Positions 8,962 through 17,631 of a stretch of 64,000 bases of DNA are shown here, one piece after another. Each line of letters begins with the position of its first letter. Within the stretch, counting starts at the first letter, position 1. Where the stretch lies: the NCBI GenBank assembly GCA_001782235.1, contig MFOC01000007.1:86799-150798 (forward strand), given 5' to 3'. The position numbers and the translations under genes are program-made. The notes beneath the pieces were generated by a model, which was not told the DNA's origin, did not search any database, and saw only the letters and a program-made list of their open reading frames with translations. This DNA is from Candidatus Levybacteria bacterium RIFCSPHIGHO2_02_FULL_40_18 (lineage in GTDB: Bacteria > Patescibacteriota > Microgenomatia > Levybacterales > GWA1-39-11).

Positions 8962-9999
8962 TTACAGAAGGTTTTGCTGATTTTGTTTTTTCGACAACCT
9001 CGAACCAAGATGTTTATACGCTTCTCCTGTTGCGACGCGGCCGCTTTTTGTCCTTTTGAGAAACCCGATCTGAAGTAGATATGGTTCGACAATCTCTTCA
9101 ATTGTGCCGACGTCTTCTGCTAAAGATGCTGCGATTGTTTCAACTCCAACCGGTCCTCCGCCGTGCTTTTCAATAATGCTTTTAAGATAGCGCTTATCAA
9201 GCGCATCTAATCCTCGCGAATCTACCTCAATTAGCCCAAGTGCTTTTTCGACAAGGTCCAAAGTGATCTCGCCTTTTCCGTGAACCTGCGCATAGTCGCG
9301 GGCGCGTTTTAAAAGTCGAAGAGCGATTCGAGGAGTTCCACGAGCTCTCTTTGCGATTTCAGAAATTGATTTTTTATCGATTTTAACTTTAAGTTTTTTT
9401 GCAGCTTTCACAATAATTTCCTCAAGATCGGAAGGATTATAAAAAACCATCCGATGTACAACACCAAAGCGATCGCGAAGTGGACCTGAGAGCATACCGG
9501 CGCGGGTTGTTGCGCCAACAATCGTGAAGCGTGGCAGATCAAGACGAACAGTCCGAGCTGATGGTCCCTTGCCAAGAACAATATCGAGCGCATATTCTTC
9601 CATCGCTGGATAGAGCGTTTCTTCAACAACTTTATTTAACCTGTGAATTTCGTCTATAAACAGGACGTCTCCGGACTCAAGGTTCGTTAATATAGAAGCA
9701 AGGTCCCCAGCGCGCTCAATTGCGGGGCCTGATGTCACGCGAATATTTGATCCCATTTCTTTTGCAATTAGGTGAGAGAGAGTAGTTTTCCCTAAACCGG
9801 GCGGCCCATATAGTAAAATATGTTCGAGCGCCTCATTTCTTTTTTGAGCAGCATTTATGGCAATTTGAATTGACTTTTTAACAGACTCCTGCCCCACAAA
9901 ATCTCGCCATTCAGAGACCCTAAGAGATGTAAAAATTATTTCTTCTTCAGGTGTTGTTTCTTTCTCAACAATCGAGCCCTTTTGTTTAGATTTGGCCAT
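8962..9999 (-). CDS. ruvB: Holliday junction branch-migration ATPase RuvB
   Basis: Walker [10 protein letters not shown], sensor motifs, and full-length collinearity with RuvB. Confidence 0.95.
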   Translation of the reverse strand: MAKSKQKGSIVEKETTPEEEIIFTSLRVSEWRDFVGQESVKKSIQIAINAAQKRNEALEHILLYGPPGLGKTTLSHLIAKEMGSNIRVTSGPAIERAGDLASILTNLESGDVLFIDEIHRLNKVVEETLYPAMEEYALDIVLGKGPSARTVRLDLPRFTIVGATTRAGMLSGPLRDRFGVVHRMVFYNPSDLEEIIVKAAKKLKVKIDKKSISEIAKRARGTPRIALRLLKRARDYAQVHGKGEITLDLVEKALGLIEVDSRGLDALDKRYLKSIIEKHGGGPVGVETIAASLAEDVGTIEEIVEPYLLQIGFLKRTKSGRVATGEAYKHLGSRLSKKQNQQNLL

Positions 10000-10002
10000 A
10001 TT

Positions 10003-10123
10003 TAATAAGATATTAGTTGTTAGAAATTAGAAAATGGTTATGGAAATTAGATGTTGGAAATTGGTTTTGGTTCAACTATTTTCCATTTCCCACTTTCTAT
10101 TACTATTTTCTATTCTCTAGTGG
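10003..10123. repeat. palindromic purine-word/pyrimidine-word intergenic element (family copy 1) between ruvA and ruvB
   Basis: Left arm TAGAAATTAGAAAATGGTTATGGAAATTAG..., right arm ...CTATTTTCCATTTCCCACTTTCTATTACTATTTTCTATTCTC. Confidence 0.6.
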
Positions 10124-10693
10124 CTATTTTCCTAAATATTTAAGTGCTGCCTTTATTTGCTCTTCAACGCTTGTAGCGCGATCAGTATTCCTTATTGCTT
10201 CATTTATTTCTTTTGTAGTAAATCCAAATGCTTTAAGGGCAGATACGAGTTCGTTTCTTTCTCCATTTGAAACTCCTGCCAAATCAAGTTCTCTACCGCC
10301 CACTTTATTTTTAAGTTCGATTATTATTTTTTGTGCATTTTTTGTCCCGAGTCTTGGAATTCCTGAGAAGAAAGTAACGTCAGCATCTATTATTGCCTTA
10401 GTAATTTCATCGCCTGTACCATTTGAAAAAATTGCAATCGCGGTCCTTGGGCCAACTCCCGGAACAGTGATAATTAATTCGAACAATTTAAGATCTGAAT
10501 ATTTTGAAAACCCGTAAAGCTCCAAGACATCCTCTCGAACATGAGTATATATGAATAATTTCAAATTCGAACCAATCGAAATAGAGGAGAGAACATCCGA
10601 GGCCGCATGAGTTTTATATCCAACTCCATTAACATCAATTATTAAATATGGATCATCCCGAATTATTGCAGAACCAGAAAGGTAACCTATCAT
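10124..10693 (-). CDS. ruvA: Holliday junction DNA helicase subunit RuvA
   Basis: MIGYLSGSAI...DVNGVGYKTH N-terminal OB domain, then HhH domains (GVGPRTA...GIPRLGTKNAQ). Confidence 0.9.
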   Translation of the reverse strand: MIGYLSGSAIIRDDPYLIIDVNGVGYKTHAASDVLSSISIGSNLKLFIYTHVREDVLELYGFSKYSDLKLFELIITVPGVGPRTAIAIFSNGTGDEITKAIIDADVTFFSGIPRLGTKNAQKIIIELKNKVGGRELDLAGVSNGERNELVSALKAFGFTTKEINEAIRNTDRATSVEEQIKAALKYLGK

Positions 10694-10729
10694 GAAGCAA
10701 CTCGATTATACCACAGGATTTTTGTATGT

Positions 10730-11215
10730 TTATGCTGAGCGAAGTCGAAGCGAAAATGCGCAGGTAATGGCGCAGGCGAGAGCATCGACTGTATCGTCTG
10801 GTTTTGGTATCGAAGGCAAATTCAAAAGCATTTTTACCATTTTCCCCATCTGATCTTTTTGCGCCCTACCATATCCTGTTATTGCTGTTTTTACCTGGAG
10901 CGGGGTATAGGAAAAAACTTCCAGTCCCAAATCGGCTGCCGTTACTATTACAACTCCTCTTGCTTGCCCAACGATTAATGCTGTCTTTGCGTTCGTATTA
11001 AAAAACAATTCCTCAACCGAAAGCGCTTGAGGTTTGTGTTCTTTGATAATTCGAACAAGCTCCTCGCGAATTATTTGCAAACGACGCTCAATAGGTAAAT
11101 CGGCTCTTGTCTCAATACAACCAAAGCTTTTGGCTGTTAGCTTTTGGCTGTTATCTTTTTCGACGATGCCCCATCCGGTACGGGCAATCCCCGGATCCAC
11201 CCCCAAAATTATCAT
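10730..11215 (-). CDS. ruvC: crossover junction endodeoxyribonuclease RuvC
   Basis: ILGVDPGIARTGWGIVE... RNase-H-like fold with the catalytic Asp pattern. Same strand as ruvA-ruvB. Confidence 0.9.
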   Translation of the reverse strand: MIILGVDPGIARTGWGIVEKDNSQKLTAKSFGCIETRADLPIERRLQIIREELVRIIKEHKPQALSVEELFFNTNAKTALIVGQARGVVIVTAADLGLEVFSYTPLQVKTAITGYGRAQKDQMGKMVKMLLNLPSIPKPDDTVDALACAITCAFSLRLRSA

Positions 11216-11249
11216 ATTGGTTATAAGATTATATACGATTGTAGATTAT

Positions 11250-11714
11250 TTAAAGTGTGTTGATTGTAATTTTTCCGATTTTTTTAGGAAGCCGCCGATC
11301 TAGAGTGATAAAAATGCCCGCACCGGATTCAAGCGCTGAAGCAAGATGAATAGCATCAGGAGTTCGAACACTTGGAAAATTTGCTCTTATCCAGGCGGCT
11401 CGGCGAGCAACGTTTCTGTCAATATCTTTAACCGTGAATAATCCTCCCCCAGTAATAAATTCTTCATAATAACCAATATCTTTTGAAAAATCATCTTTAT
11501 AAAAGTAGACCAAAAATTCCTCAAAAACCAGCGCTGAGATAAAAACCTGGGGGCTTGCCTGCTTAATTTCTTCTAAAATTCTTTGCGCTTTTTCCCCCAG
11601 TGGATTAGGTTTGGTGTATGCGTTGAATGCGGAAATAAATATATTACTATCAAGTGCTAAAATTTGCGAGGGCAAAATTCGATTACTCATCCCATGAACT
11701 TCTTTCTTCTTCAA
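11250..11714 (-). CDS. vapC: PIN-domain toxin VapC
   Basis: LDSNIFISA...(D) and DAIHLASALESGAGIFITLD match PIN acidic residues. The likely true start is the internal Met at about 11690 (MSNRIL), giving an 8-nt overlap with vapB. Confidence 0.7.
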   Translation of the reverse strand: MKKKEVHGMSNRILPSQILALDSNIFISAFNAYTKPNPLGEKAQRILEEIKQASPQVFISALVFEEFLVYFYKDDFSKDIGYYEEFITGGGLFTVKDIDRNVARRAAWIRANFPSVRTPDAIHLASALESGAGIFITLDRRLPKKIGKITINTL

Positions 11715-11964
11715 GATATTTTAGAGGATCTACCCCTTTCCAGGGGTTTTTTAGCTTCTTATAGTAATCCTGGGGCCAGTTGAGTTTTTCTTCAAGGGTA
11801 GGGCGGGTTAATATAATCTGCTCTCCTGCCACGTGAACATTCATCTTCTGGCCGGGTTTAATATTGGCTTTCTTCCGTATCTCTTTTGGAATTACTATTT
11901 GATATTTTGTACTAACAAGTGTTTGATTCATAATCGTATTACATTTTACATAATCGTAAAACAA
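11683..11964 (-). CDS. vapB: AbrB/MazE/SpoVT-family antitoxin VapB
   Basis: STKYQIVIPKEIRKKANIKPGQKMNV matches the swapped-hairpin SpoVT/AbrB domain. The gene sits upstream of the PIN gene and overlaps it. Confidence 0.6.
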   Translation of the reverse strand: MFYDYVKCNTIMNQTLVSTKYQIVIPKEIRKKANIKPGQKMNVHVAGEQIILTRPTLEEKLNWPQDYYKKLKNPWKGVDPLKYLEEERSSWDE

Positions 11965-12261
11965 AAGTCAACCCCAAAAATTATCATGCAGACTATTATC
12001 GCAACTAGTGACTAGACACTAGCTACTAGAATTTCTTACGGCCTAAAACCTTCGCCAATTGGAGCGGAGTGCATGAGAAATGAACGAGCGTAGAGGGGGA
12101 CCCCTCACGAACTTGATGAGGAGGGGGAATGGTATCCCCCGCTAGTGAGTGAAATTTCGAAAGCACGAGTACCACTGGCGAGAGCTTTTGGTTCTTTTGT
12201 CGGCACAAAAGAATAAGAGATAAATTGACACTAAAGTATGCTATTGTATAATACTGTATAA

Positions 12262-13359
12262 ATGGAAAGACCGATACTTACGATAGCTCAGGCAGCAAAA
12301 TTATTGCAAGTTGATCCGAATACTATTTATCGCTGGGCCAGAGCGGGTAAATTTCCGGCGTCAAAGATCGGAAAAGAGTGGCGAGTACTTCGCTCTGACG
12401 TTATCAAGTTTGTAGAAAGTAAAAAATCGCGAGATCAGTTCCTGACAGAAAATCAAGAGGCTGAGCTTATTACAGCCTTAGTAGGAAGACGCGAAATTCC
12501 ATTAAAGTTCGAATATCTAGGAGAAGGGGCAGATAAATATGTTGCCATATCAGCACCAGAAATTGGGGGAGGTTCTGAAACAGAAATAATTTCAAACTAC
12601 AAAGGCCGTTTTTCAGATTTTTTAAAGAGTAAAAAATTTAACTTAGTGGACATTGGTTCAGGAGACGGGAAAAAAGCAGCGTTTGTTATTTCTCATGTTG
12701 CTAAAACCGTTTCCTCATATTCAGGGCTTGATATTTCAAAGCGGATGCTTGATCTTGCAGGGCAAACGATGCAGATTTCACACCCCGACTTAATGTATGA
12801 GAGATTCATTGAGGATTTTGAACATGGTAGTATTTCTAATGCTACCTATTATCTCAATCGGAGATATCAGAATAATAATTTAATTCTATTCTTAGGTAAT
12901 ACTATTGGAAATGTCTCCGATGCGCATCGTATTCTCATTAATCTTAGAGACGGAATGAGCGATCAGGATCTTTTATTGGTTGGGTTAGCATTCTATAACC
13001 CTCGAAATATTCCGCTTTCGACATATAACAGGAAGGTTGTCATCGATATGTTTTGGACTATTCCTGAAAAAATAGGCATAGAACGGGGAGATGCAAAAAT
13101 ATCGTGGATTTATAATGAGCATTTAAGGCAGGTAGAGTGCCAGCTTGAATTTGTACGCGGTTGGAGCAAGATTTTCGGGGGAAATCTGATTCGGTTTGGT
13201 AAAGGACAAAAGATAAGACTCGCCATCTCAAGAAGATTTACTAAAGATAATATTTTTGAACTTTTTGCCAAAGCTGGTTTTAAAATTGAGATCTTTGTTC
13301 ATGATAAAGATAATGCTTTAGTTTTATGCCGACCTCATGACTGGGAGAAAAGAATCTAA
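12262..13359 (+). CDS. fusion: N-terminal excisionase-type HTH + EgtD-like (Methyltransf_33) SAM-dependent histidine-type N-methyltransferase domain
   Basis: HTH: ILTIAQAAKLLQVDPNTIYRWARAGKFPASKIGKEWRV. Methyltransferase motif I LVDIGSGDGKK. EgtD-family signatures FLGNTIGNVSD...LLLVGLAFYNP and C-terminal IEIFVHDKDNALVLCRP. Confidence 0.6.
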   Translation: MERPILTIAQAAKLLQVDPNTIYRWARAGKFPASKIGKEWRVLRSDVIKFVESKKSRDQFLTENQEAELITALVGRREIPLKFEYLGEGADKYVAISAPEIGGGSETEIISNYKGRFSDFLKSKKFNLVDIGSGDGKKAAFVISHVAKTVSSYSGLDISKRMLDLAGQTMQISHPDLMYERFIEDFEHGSISNATYYLNRRYQNNNLILFLGNTIGNVSDAHRILINLRDGMSDQDLLLVGLAFYNPRNIPLSTYNRKVVIDMFWTIPEKIGIERGDAKISWIYNEHLRQVECQLEFVRGWSKIFGGNLIRFGKGQKIRLAISRRFTKDNIFELFAKAGFKIEIFVHDKDNALVLCRPHDWEKRI

Positions 13360-13988
13360 TCTGTTAGTTCGGCGAGGGAGTGGATTGTTTTTATCTTAGG
13401 ATCTGATTCGTCTGATTTCCTATTGATCCAAATAACGTCTACGAATTTTTGAAGAACCTCTACAACATCGTGTTTGTTATCTATGAACGTTGCCTCGCGA
13501 GGCAACAGTTCTATTGCCTCATCCGAAAGTTTTCTTTTGTGTATAAAAATATATTCGGGAGAAAAGTAGTCTCGTAATTCTGCCGCGTCAAGCTTTCTAT
13601 TTTGCAAATCGCGATTTCCCTGAGAAAAAATTCCAAGAATTTTTTCTCCTTTTAGTTTTTCCAGAACTTCCCGAGCCTCAGGGTAGAGTGAATTTTTATA
13701 TATATCGGTATCCTCCCAAAAAACCCGATCAAGAGGCGCCACATCTTTTCCGAATCTATCTGAAAGGTAGGCTGTTATCCCACGCGGATCAAAGTCGGTT
13801 CTTTCTGAAAGTTTCGAATAATAATCCGCATTTGCACTAATTAATTCTTCTTCAGAAATCCCCAAGATTTTTACAAATTTTGTGCGAATTAGCTTGCCGA
13901 ATTTTTCAGGATCAAAAATGACGCCATCTATGTCAAACAAAATTAACCCCGTTACAAGTTCGTTCCTAGAAGCGTAGGAGCTATCCAT
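13356..13988 (-). CDS. HAD-superfamily hydrolase
   Basis: Motif I LILFDIDGVIFD (DxD), later Ser/Thr and Lys/Asp motifs. Confidence 0.65.
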   Translation of the reverse strand: MDSSYASRNELVTGLILFDIDGVIFDPEKFGKLIRTKFVKILGISEEELISANADYYSKLSERTDFDPRGITAYLSDRFGKDVAPLDRVFWEDTDIYKNSLYPEAREVLEKLKGEKILGIFSQGNRDLQNRKLDAAELRDYFSPEYIFIHKRKLSDEAIELLPREATFIDNKHDVVEVLQKFVDVIWINRKSDESDPKIKTIHSLAELTD

Positions 13989-14124
13989 GGCTATATACTA
14001 TTAAAATATATTACAAACAATAAGCATATTTGTAACGGGGTTAAATTATGCATCCGAATTCATTATACTATAAGGGGAGAAGATTGCTTTAAGACGGCAA
14101 ATTATTTATAATAAACACTATAAG

Positions 14125-15102
14125 ATGAAAAGTTCTGTACTTTCCTTTTTTACGCAGAATCAAATATTAACCGCGCTTCTTATTATAGGCATAGGATGGA
14201 TAATTATTGAAATTCGAGGAGTTTTAATAGCTCTCTTTGTTTCATATATTCTTATGGCAGCAATCGCCCCTTATTCTGAGGCTTTAAAGCGTGCGAAAGC
14301 CCCTAGCGCGCTTGCGGTAATTATTCCATATTTTGTAGCCGTTATCTTTCTTATCCTAATTTTGGTTTCTCTTGTTCCGTTCCTTGTTTCGCAAGTTCAG
14401 GTTTTGCTATCGCGCTTTCCATCTTATCTTAACTCTGACGTAAGAGTGCTCGGCGTTCCACTTGGAGCAATAAAATTAGATGAGATTGCTACAAAAGAAT
14501 TTAGCAATATTGGACAAAACGCCATAGCCTTCACAAGCCAGATTCTAGGTGGAATTATATCTGCTATCAGCATATTTGCTGTATCTTTTTATCTTCTCCT
14601 TTATAGAAATACAGTGAGAGAGAATTTTGTTTCACTTTTCTCAAAGTCTTCCCAGAATAAGGTGCGAAAAATTACTTTGCTAATTGAAGAGAGGCTAGGG
14701 GGGTGGCTCCGGGGGCAACTAGTTTTGTCAGGTTTTATTGGTGTTATAACTTGGGTTGTTTTGACAATTCTTGGAATTGAATTTGCATTACCTCTTGCTG
14801 TAATTGCGGGACTACTTGAGATTGTTCCTACAATTGGACCAATAATTGCAGCTATTCCTGCAATAATAGTTGCCTTAAACATCTCTTTTCCAATGGCTAT
14901 TGTCGTTGGCGTTGCTTACTTTTTAATACAGCTTTTAGAGAATAATATTTTGGTCCCAAGAATAATGCAAAGAGCAGTCGGACTTAATCCAATTGTTATA
15001 ATCATAGGAATTATAATTGGAGGAAAACTTCTTGGTATAGCGGGTGCTCTTCTTGCGATTCCCTTTATATCGCTTCTTGTCGTTGTTTATAGAAAAATCT
15101 AA
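14125..15102 (+). CDS. AI-2E family transporter (PerM/UPF0118)
   Basis: 8 TM. The conserved ...GLLEIVPTIGPIIAAIPAIIVAL... segment is typical of PF01594. Confidence 0.75.
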   Translation: MKSSVLSFFTQNQILTALLIIGIGWIIIEIRGVLIALFVSYILMAAIAPYSEALKRAKAPSALAVIIPYFVAVIFLILILVSLVPFLVSQVQVLLSRFPSYLNSDVRVLGVPLGAIKLDEIATKEFSNIGQNAIAFTSQILGGIISAISIFAVSFYLLLYRNTVRENFVSLFSKSSQNKVRKITLLIEERLGGWLRGQLVLSGFIGVITWVVLTILGIEFALPLAVIAGLLEIVPTIGPIIAAIPAIIVALNISFPMAIVVGVAYFLIQLLENNILVPRIMQRAVGLNPIVIIIGIIIGGKLLGIAGALLAIPFISLLVVVYRKI

Positions 15103-17492
15103 CGAGGGGAGTTTGAAATTATAAATAGTAAGAAGATTGCTCCAAAAACAAAAGCCAGGGGCAAGAAAGCAAGACTCCCGGACATTTTTTCCGTTCTAAT
15201 TGTTGGAAAATTTAAAAATTTATCTTTATGAAGAAAAACTCTTGCAAAATAGGACGGGGCGTAGGTCAAAATTCCCAGTAGCAATCCATTTCTGTATCTC
15301 CTCCCTGAAACAAATACCAGAAAATTTATATCTACCAAAACCTTCCCGATCTCTCTTAATCTTTTTGCCAAGTCTATATCTTCACCTAGGGTTAGGGCAG
15401 TATTAAAACCTCCTATTTTTAAAAACGCAGATCTACGAACCGCCATATTAAAACCATTAAGATTCCATCCGCCCGAAAGAATTTTATCCAAAACCCAAAA
15501 TGCTTTAAAGAAGTATCTTCCTGCTGCTCGTGCCGTAACCGGTCCTGAATAGAGATTAGATAATCCACCAAACGCAGTAAGAGATTTATCGCGATCAAAT
15601 TCGGAGACTATTCTTGCAAGCCAATTCTCGGGAACTATTGTGTCTGAATCCGTTGATGCAATAATTTCTCCTTTTGCCTCAAAAAAGCCTGCTTGTCTTG
15701 CCTGTGCTACTCCCTTTTGTTTTTCAAGTATCACACGAGCTCCATATTTTTGTGCAATCTCAGAGGTTTTATCTTGCGAATTATTATCAACAACTATCAG
15801 TTCAAAATTCTTGTATGTTTGATTAACAAGACTCTTAAGAGTTGCGGGAATAAATTGCTCTTCATTGTATGCCGGAATAACAACAGTAACGCGAGGATTT
15901 GAAGGATTTATATGTTTCTGTTCCCTAAGACCTATATAAAATTGGGGAGGAATTTTCTTTTGAAATCTTGTAAATAAATAAGACATAAAGCCAAAAAGGG
16001 CGAGGAGCAATATGAGATTTGGCAGTGACCAATAGTCTTTTATATTAAGGTGCGAAGTGTTAATAAGAGCCCATGCCTCATCTACTATCCACCCAATCCC
16101 TGCTCCTACCAATACTACAGAGGCAAGTCCGATTCTTTTACTTTTAATAAACCCTGAAAGGACGAGGAGGAGGAAAGCAAGAGCAACTTGCGAATGATAA
16201 AACTCAATGCCTCCTATCATAAACTTGGGATAAAGGGATGAAGGGAACAAAAAAATTAAAAGTCTTGTTAAGAGAATGGTTATCAAAAACGACAGAAAAC
16301 CAACATAAAGTTGTTCTCCTCGTTCATTACGGCTCATTATTCTAAAAATGCTCTCCTTGTTATATTTATCTAAAAGACCGTAGTAAATAGACTCAAGTGC
16401 GTCAACGGTTTTGCCTACAGAAAAGCTTTCGGATAATTCTACAGCTTTCTCTGAAAGGCTCTTTCTAAGTTCTTTGTTTTCAAGAATTGATAAAATTTTA
16501 AGAGCAAATTCCCGTTTATCTTTGGGGACTAAAAATCCATTTTCGCCGTTTTTAATACACTCAAAAGCAGGATCATCAATTGCTACTACGGGGACTCCGG
16601 ATGCCAAAGCCTCAGGGACCACCATACCTTGGGTCTCGGTAGTTGAAGAGAATACAAAAACATCAGCGTCTTTATAAACATTTGGCATCTCGTCATTTTT
16701 TACTTCTCCTAAAAAATGTGTTTTTTTAGATACCCCAAGTCTTCTTGAGAGAGACTCCAATTTCCTTTTCTCCGGCCCGTCTCCTATTATGACAAGCTGG
16801 GATGCGCGGTTATCTTTGAGCACAAGCGCGAAGCTTCTGATTATAAAATCAACCGATTTTTCTTTCCCAAGCCTTCCGACAAAAAGAAGAATAGGATCTT
16901 TTTTAATTCCTGTGATCTTTCTTAATAAACCGCTTTTGGCATTGTAGAATTTTTCTACATCAATACCACTTGGAATAACGGTTATTGGTTTTTTAACCCC
17001 ATATGATTTAAGTTCTGCAAGAACTCGCTCTGCCGGAGCAATTAAATGATCAATCCTATTCCCAAATATTTTTGTAGCGCGTTCAATCATTTTGGGCGTG
17101 ACTTTCCCTTTCAAAAAGTAGTGAGTATATCTATTCCAAAGAGTATGATAAGTAACAACAAAGGGAATGCCTTTGAGTCTTGCTGTTTCCCATCCAATGA
17201 GCGTTATCGTTCCTCCTCCATGACCATGGATAATATCAAAGTCCATTCCAAGAACTCTCCTTAAAGATTTGTCAGGAAGATGAAGCGCCATCCGAATTTC
17301 CGGCCGTGAAAGAACTTTGAGCGAAGTGAGTCTAACAACATTGAGATCAGAATCTACATACCCCGGGTATTTTGGCGCAACAATAATAACTTCGTGCCCG
17401 CGCCGCTCAAGTTCTTTTGCTGACTCAAAAACGCTCGTCGCAACACCATTAGGCTGTGGCAAAAATCCGTCAGTAAAGAAGCCAATCCTCAT
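15099..17492 (-). CDS. bifunctional glycosyltransferase: N-terminal GT4 (group 1) + membrane linker (about 4 TM) + C-terminal GT2
   Basis: N-terminal MRIGFFTDGFLPQPNGVATSV...EX7E-like region matches GT4. C-terminal VTVVIPAYNEEQFI...LIVVDNNSQD...DSDTIVPENW matches GT2 (DxD). Confidence 0.8.
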   Translation of the reverse strand: MRIGFFTDGFLPQPNGVATSVFESAKELERRGHEVIIVAPKYPGYVDSDLNVVRLTSLKVLSRPEIRMALHLPDKSLRRVLGMDFDIIHGHGGGTITLIGWETARLKGIPFVVTYHTLWNRYTHYFLKGKVTPKMIERATKIFGNRIDHLIAPAERVLAELKSYGVKKPITVIPSGIDVEKFYNAKSGLLRKITGIKKDPILLFVGRLGKEKSVDFIIRSFALVLKDNRASQLVIIGDGPEKRKLESLSRRLGVSKKTHFLGEVKNDEMPNVYKDADVFVFSSTTETQGMVVPEALASGVPVVAIDDPAFECIKNGENGFLVPKDKREFALKILSILENKELRKSLSEKAVELSESFSVGKTVDALESIYYGLLDKYNKESIFRIMSRNERGEQLYVGFLSFLITILLTRLLIFLFPSSLYPKFMIGGIEFYHSQVALAFLLLVLSGFIKSKRIGLASVVLVGAGIGWIVDEAWALINTSHLNIKDYWSLPNLILLLALFGFMSYLFTRFQKKIPPQFYIGLREQKHINPSNPRVTVVIPAYNEEQFIPATLKSLVNQTYKNFELIVVDNNSQDKTSEIAQKYGARVILEKQKGVAQARQAGFFEAKGEIIASTDSDTIVPENWLARIVSEFDRDKSLTAFGGLSNLYSGPVTARAAGRYFFKAFWVLDKILSGGWNLNGFNMAVRRSAFLKIGGFNTALTLGEDIDLAKRLREIGKVLVDINFLVFVSGRRYRNGLLLGILTYAPSYFARVFLHKDKFLNFPTIRTEKMSGSLAFLPLAFVFGAIFLLFIISNSPR

Positions 17493-17553
17493 ATGATTGT
17501 ATTATAGACAACCTAGTGACTAGTTACTAGCCACTAGTGACTAGTTTGATGTC

Positions 17554-17583
17554 TTGACAAAAAGTTATCCACATCTTTATACT
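17554..17583 (+). promoter_or_regulatory. dnaA promoter (TTGACA-18-TATACT) with consensus DnaA box TTATCCACA in the spacer
   Basis: TTGACA at 17554-17559, TTATCCACA at 17565-17573, TATACT at 17578-17583. About 50 nt upstream of the dnaA ATG. Confidence 0.6.
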
Positions 17584-17631
17584 CAAACCCCGCGAGAATT
17601 ATTTCGCATCTTTGGGGCAACCCTATTTTTT

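Noticed and set aside
10017-10517. 166-aa plus-strand ORF
   Set aside because: It is read entirely through the palindromic repeat element and antisense to ruvA. The low-complexity FYYYFLFSS translation comes from the repeat words.
12026-12208. 60-aa minus ORF in the GC-rich spacer
   Set aside because: No start context. The region is better explained as structured noncoding DNA/RNA.
17554-17631. Upstream TTG-initiated extension of dnaA in the ORF track
   Set aside because: The TTG is the promoter -35 hexamer and the stretch contains the DnaA box. The DnaA homology starts at ATG 17632.
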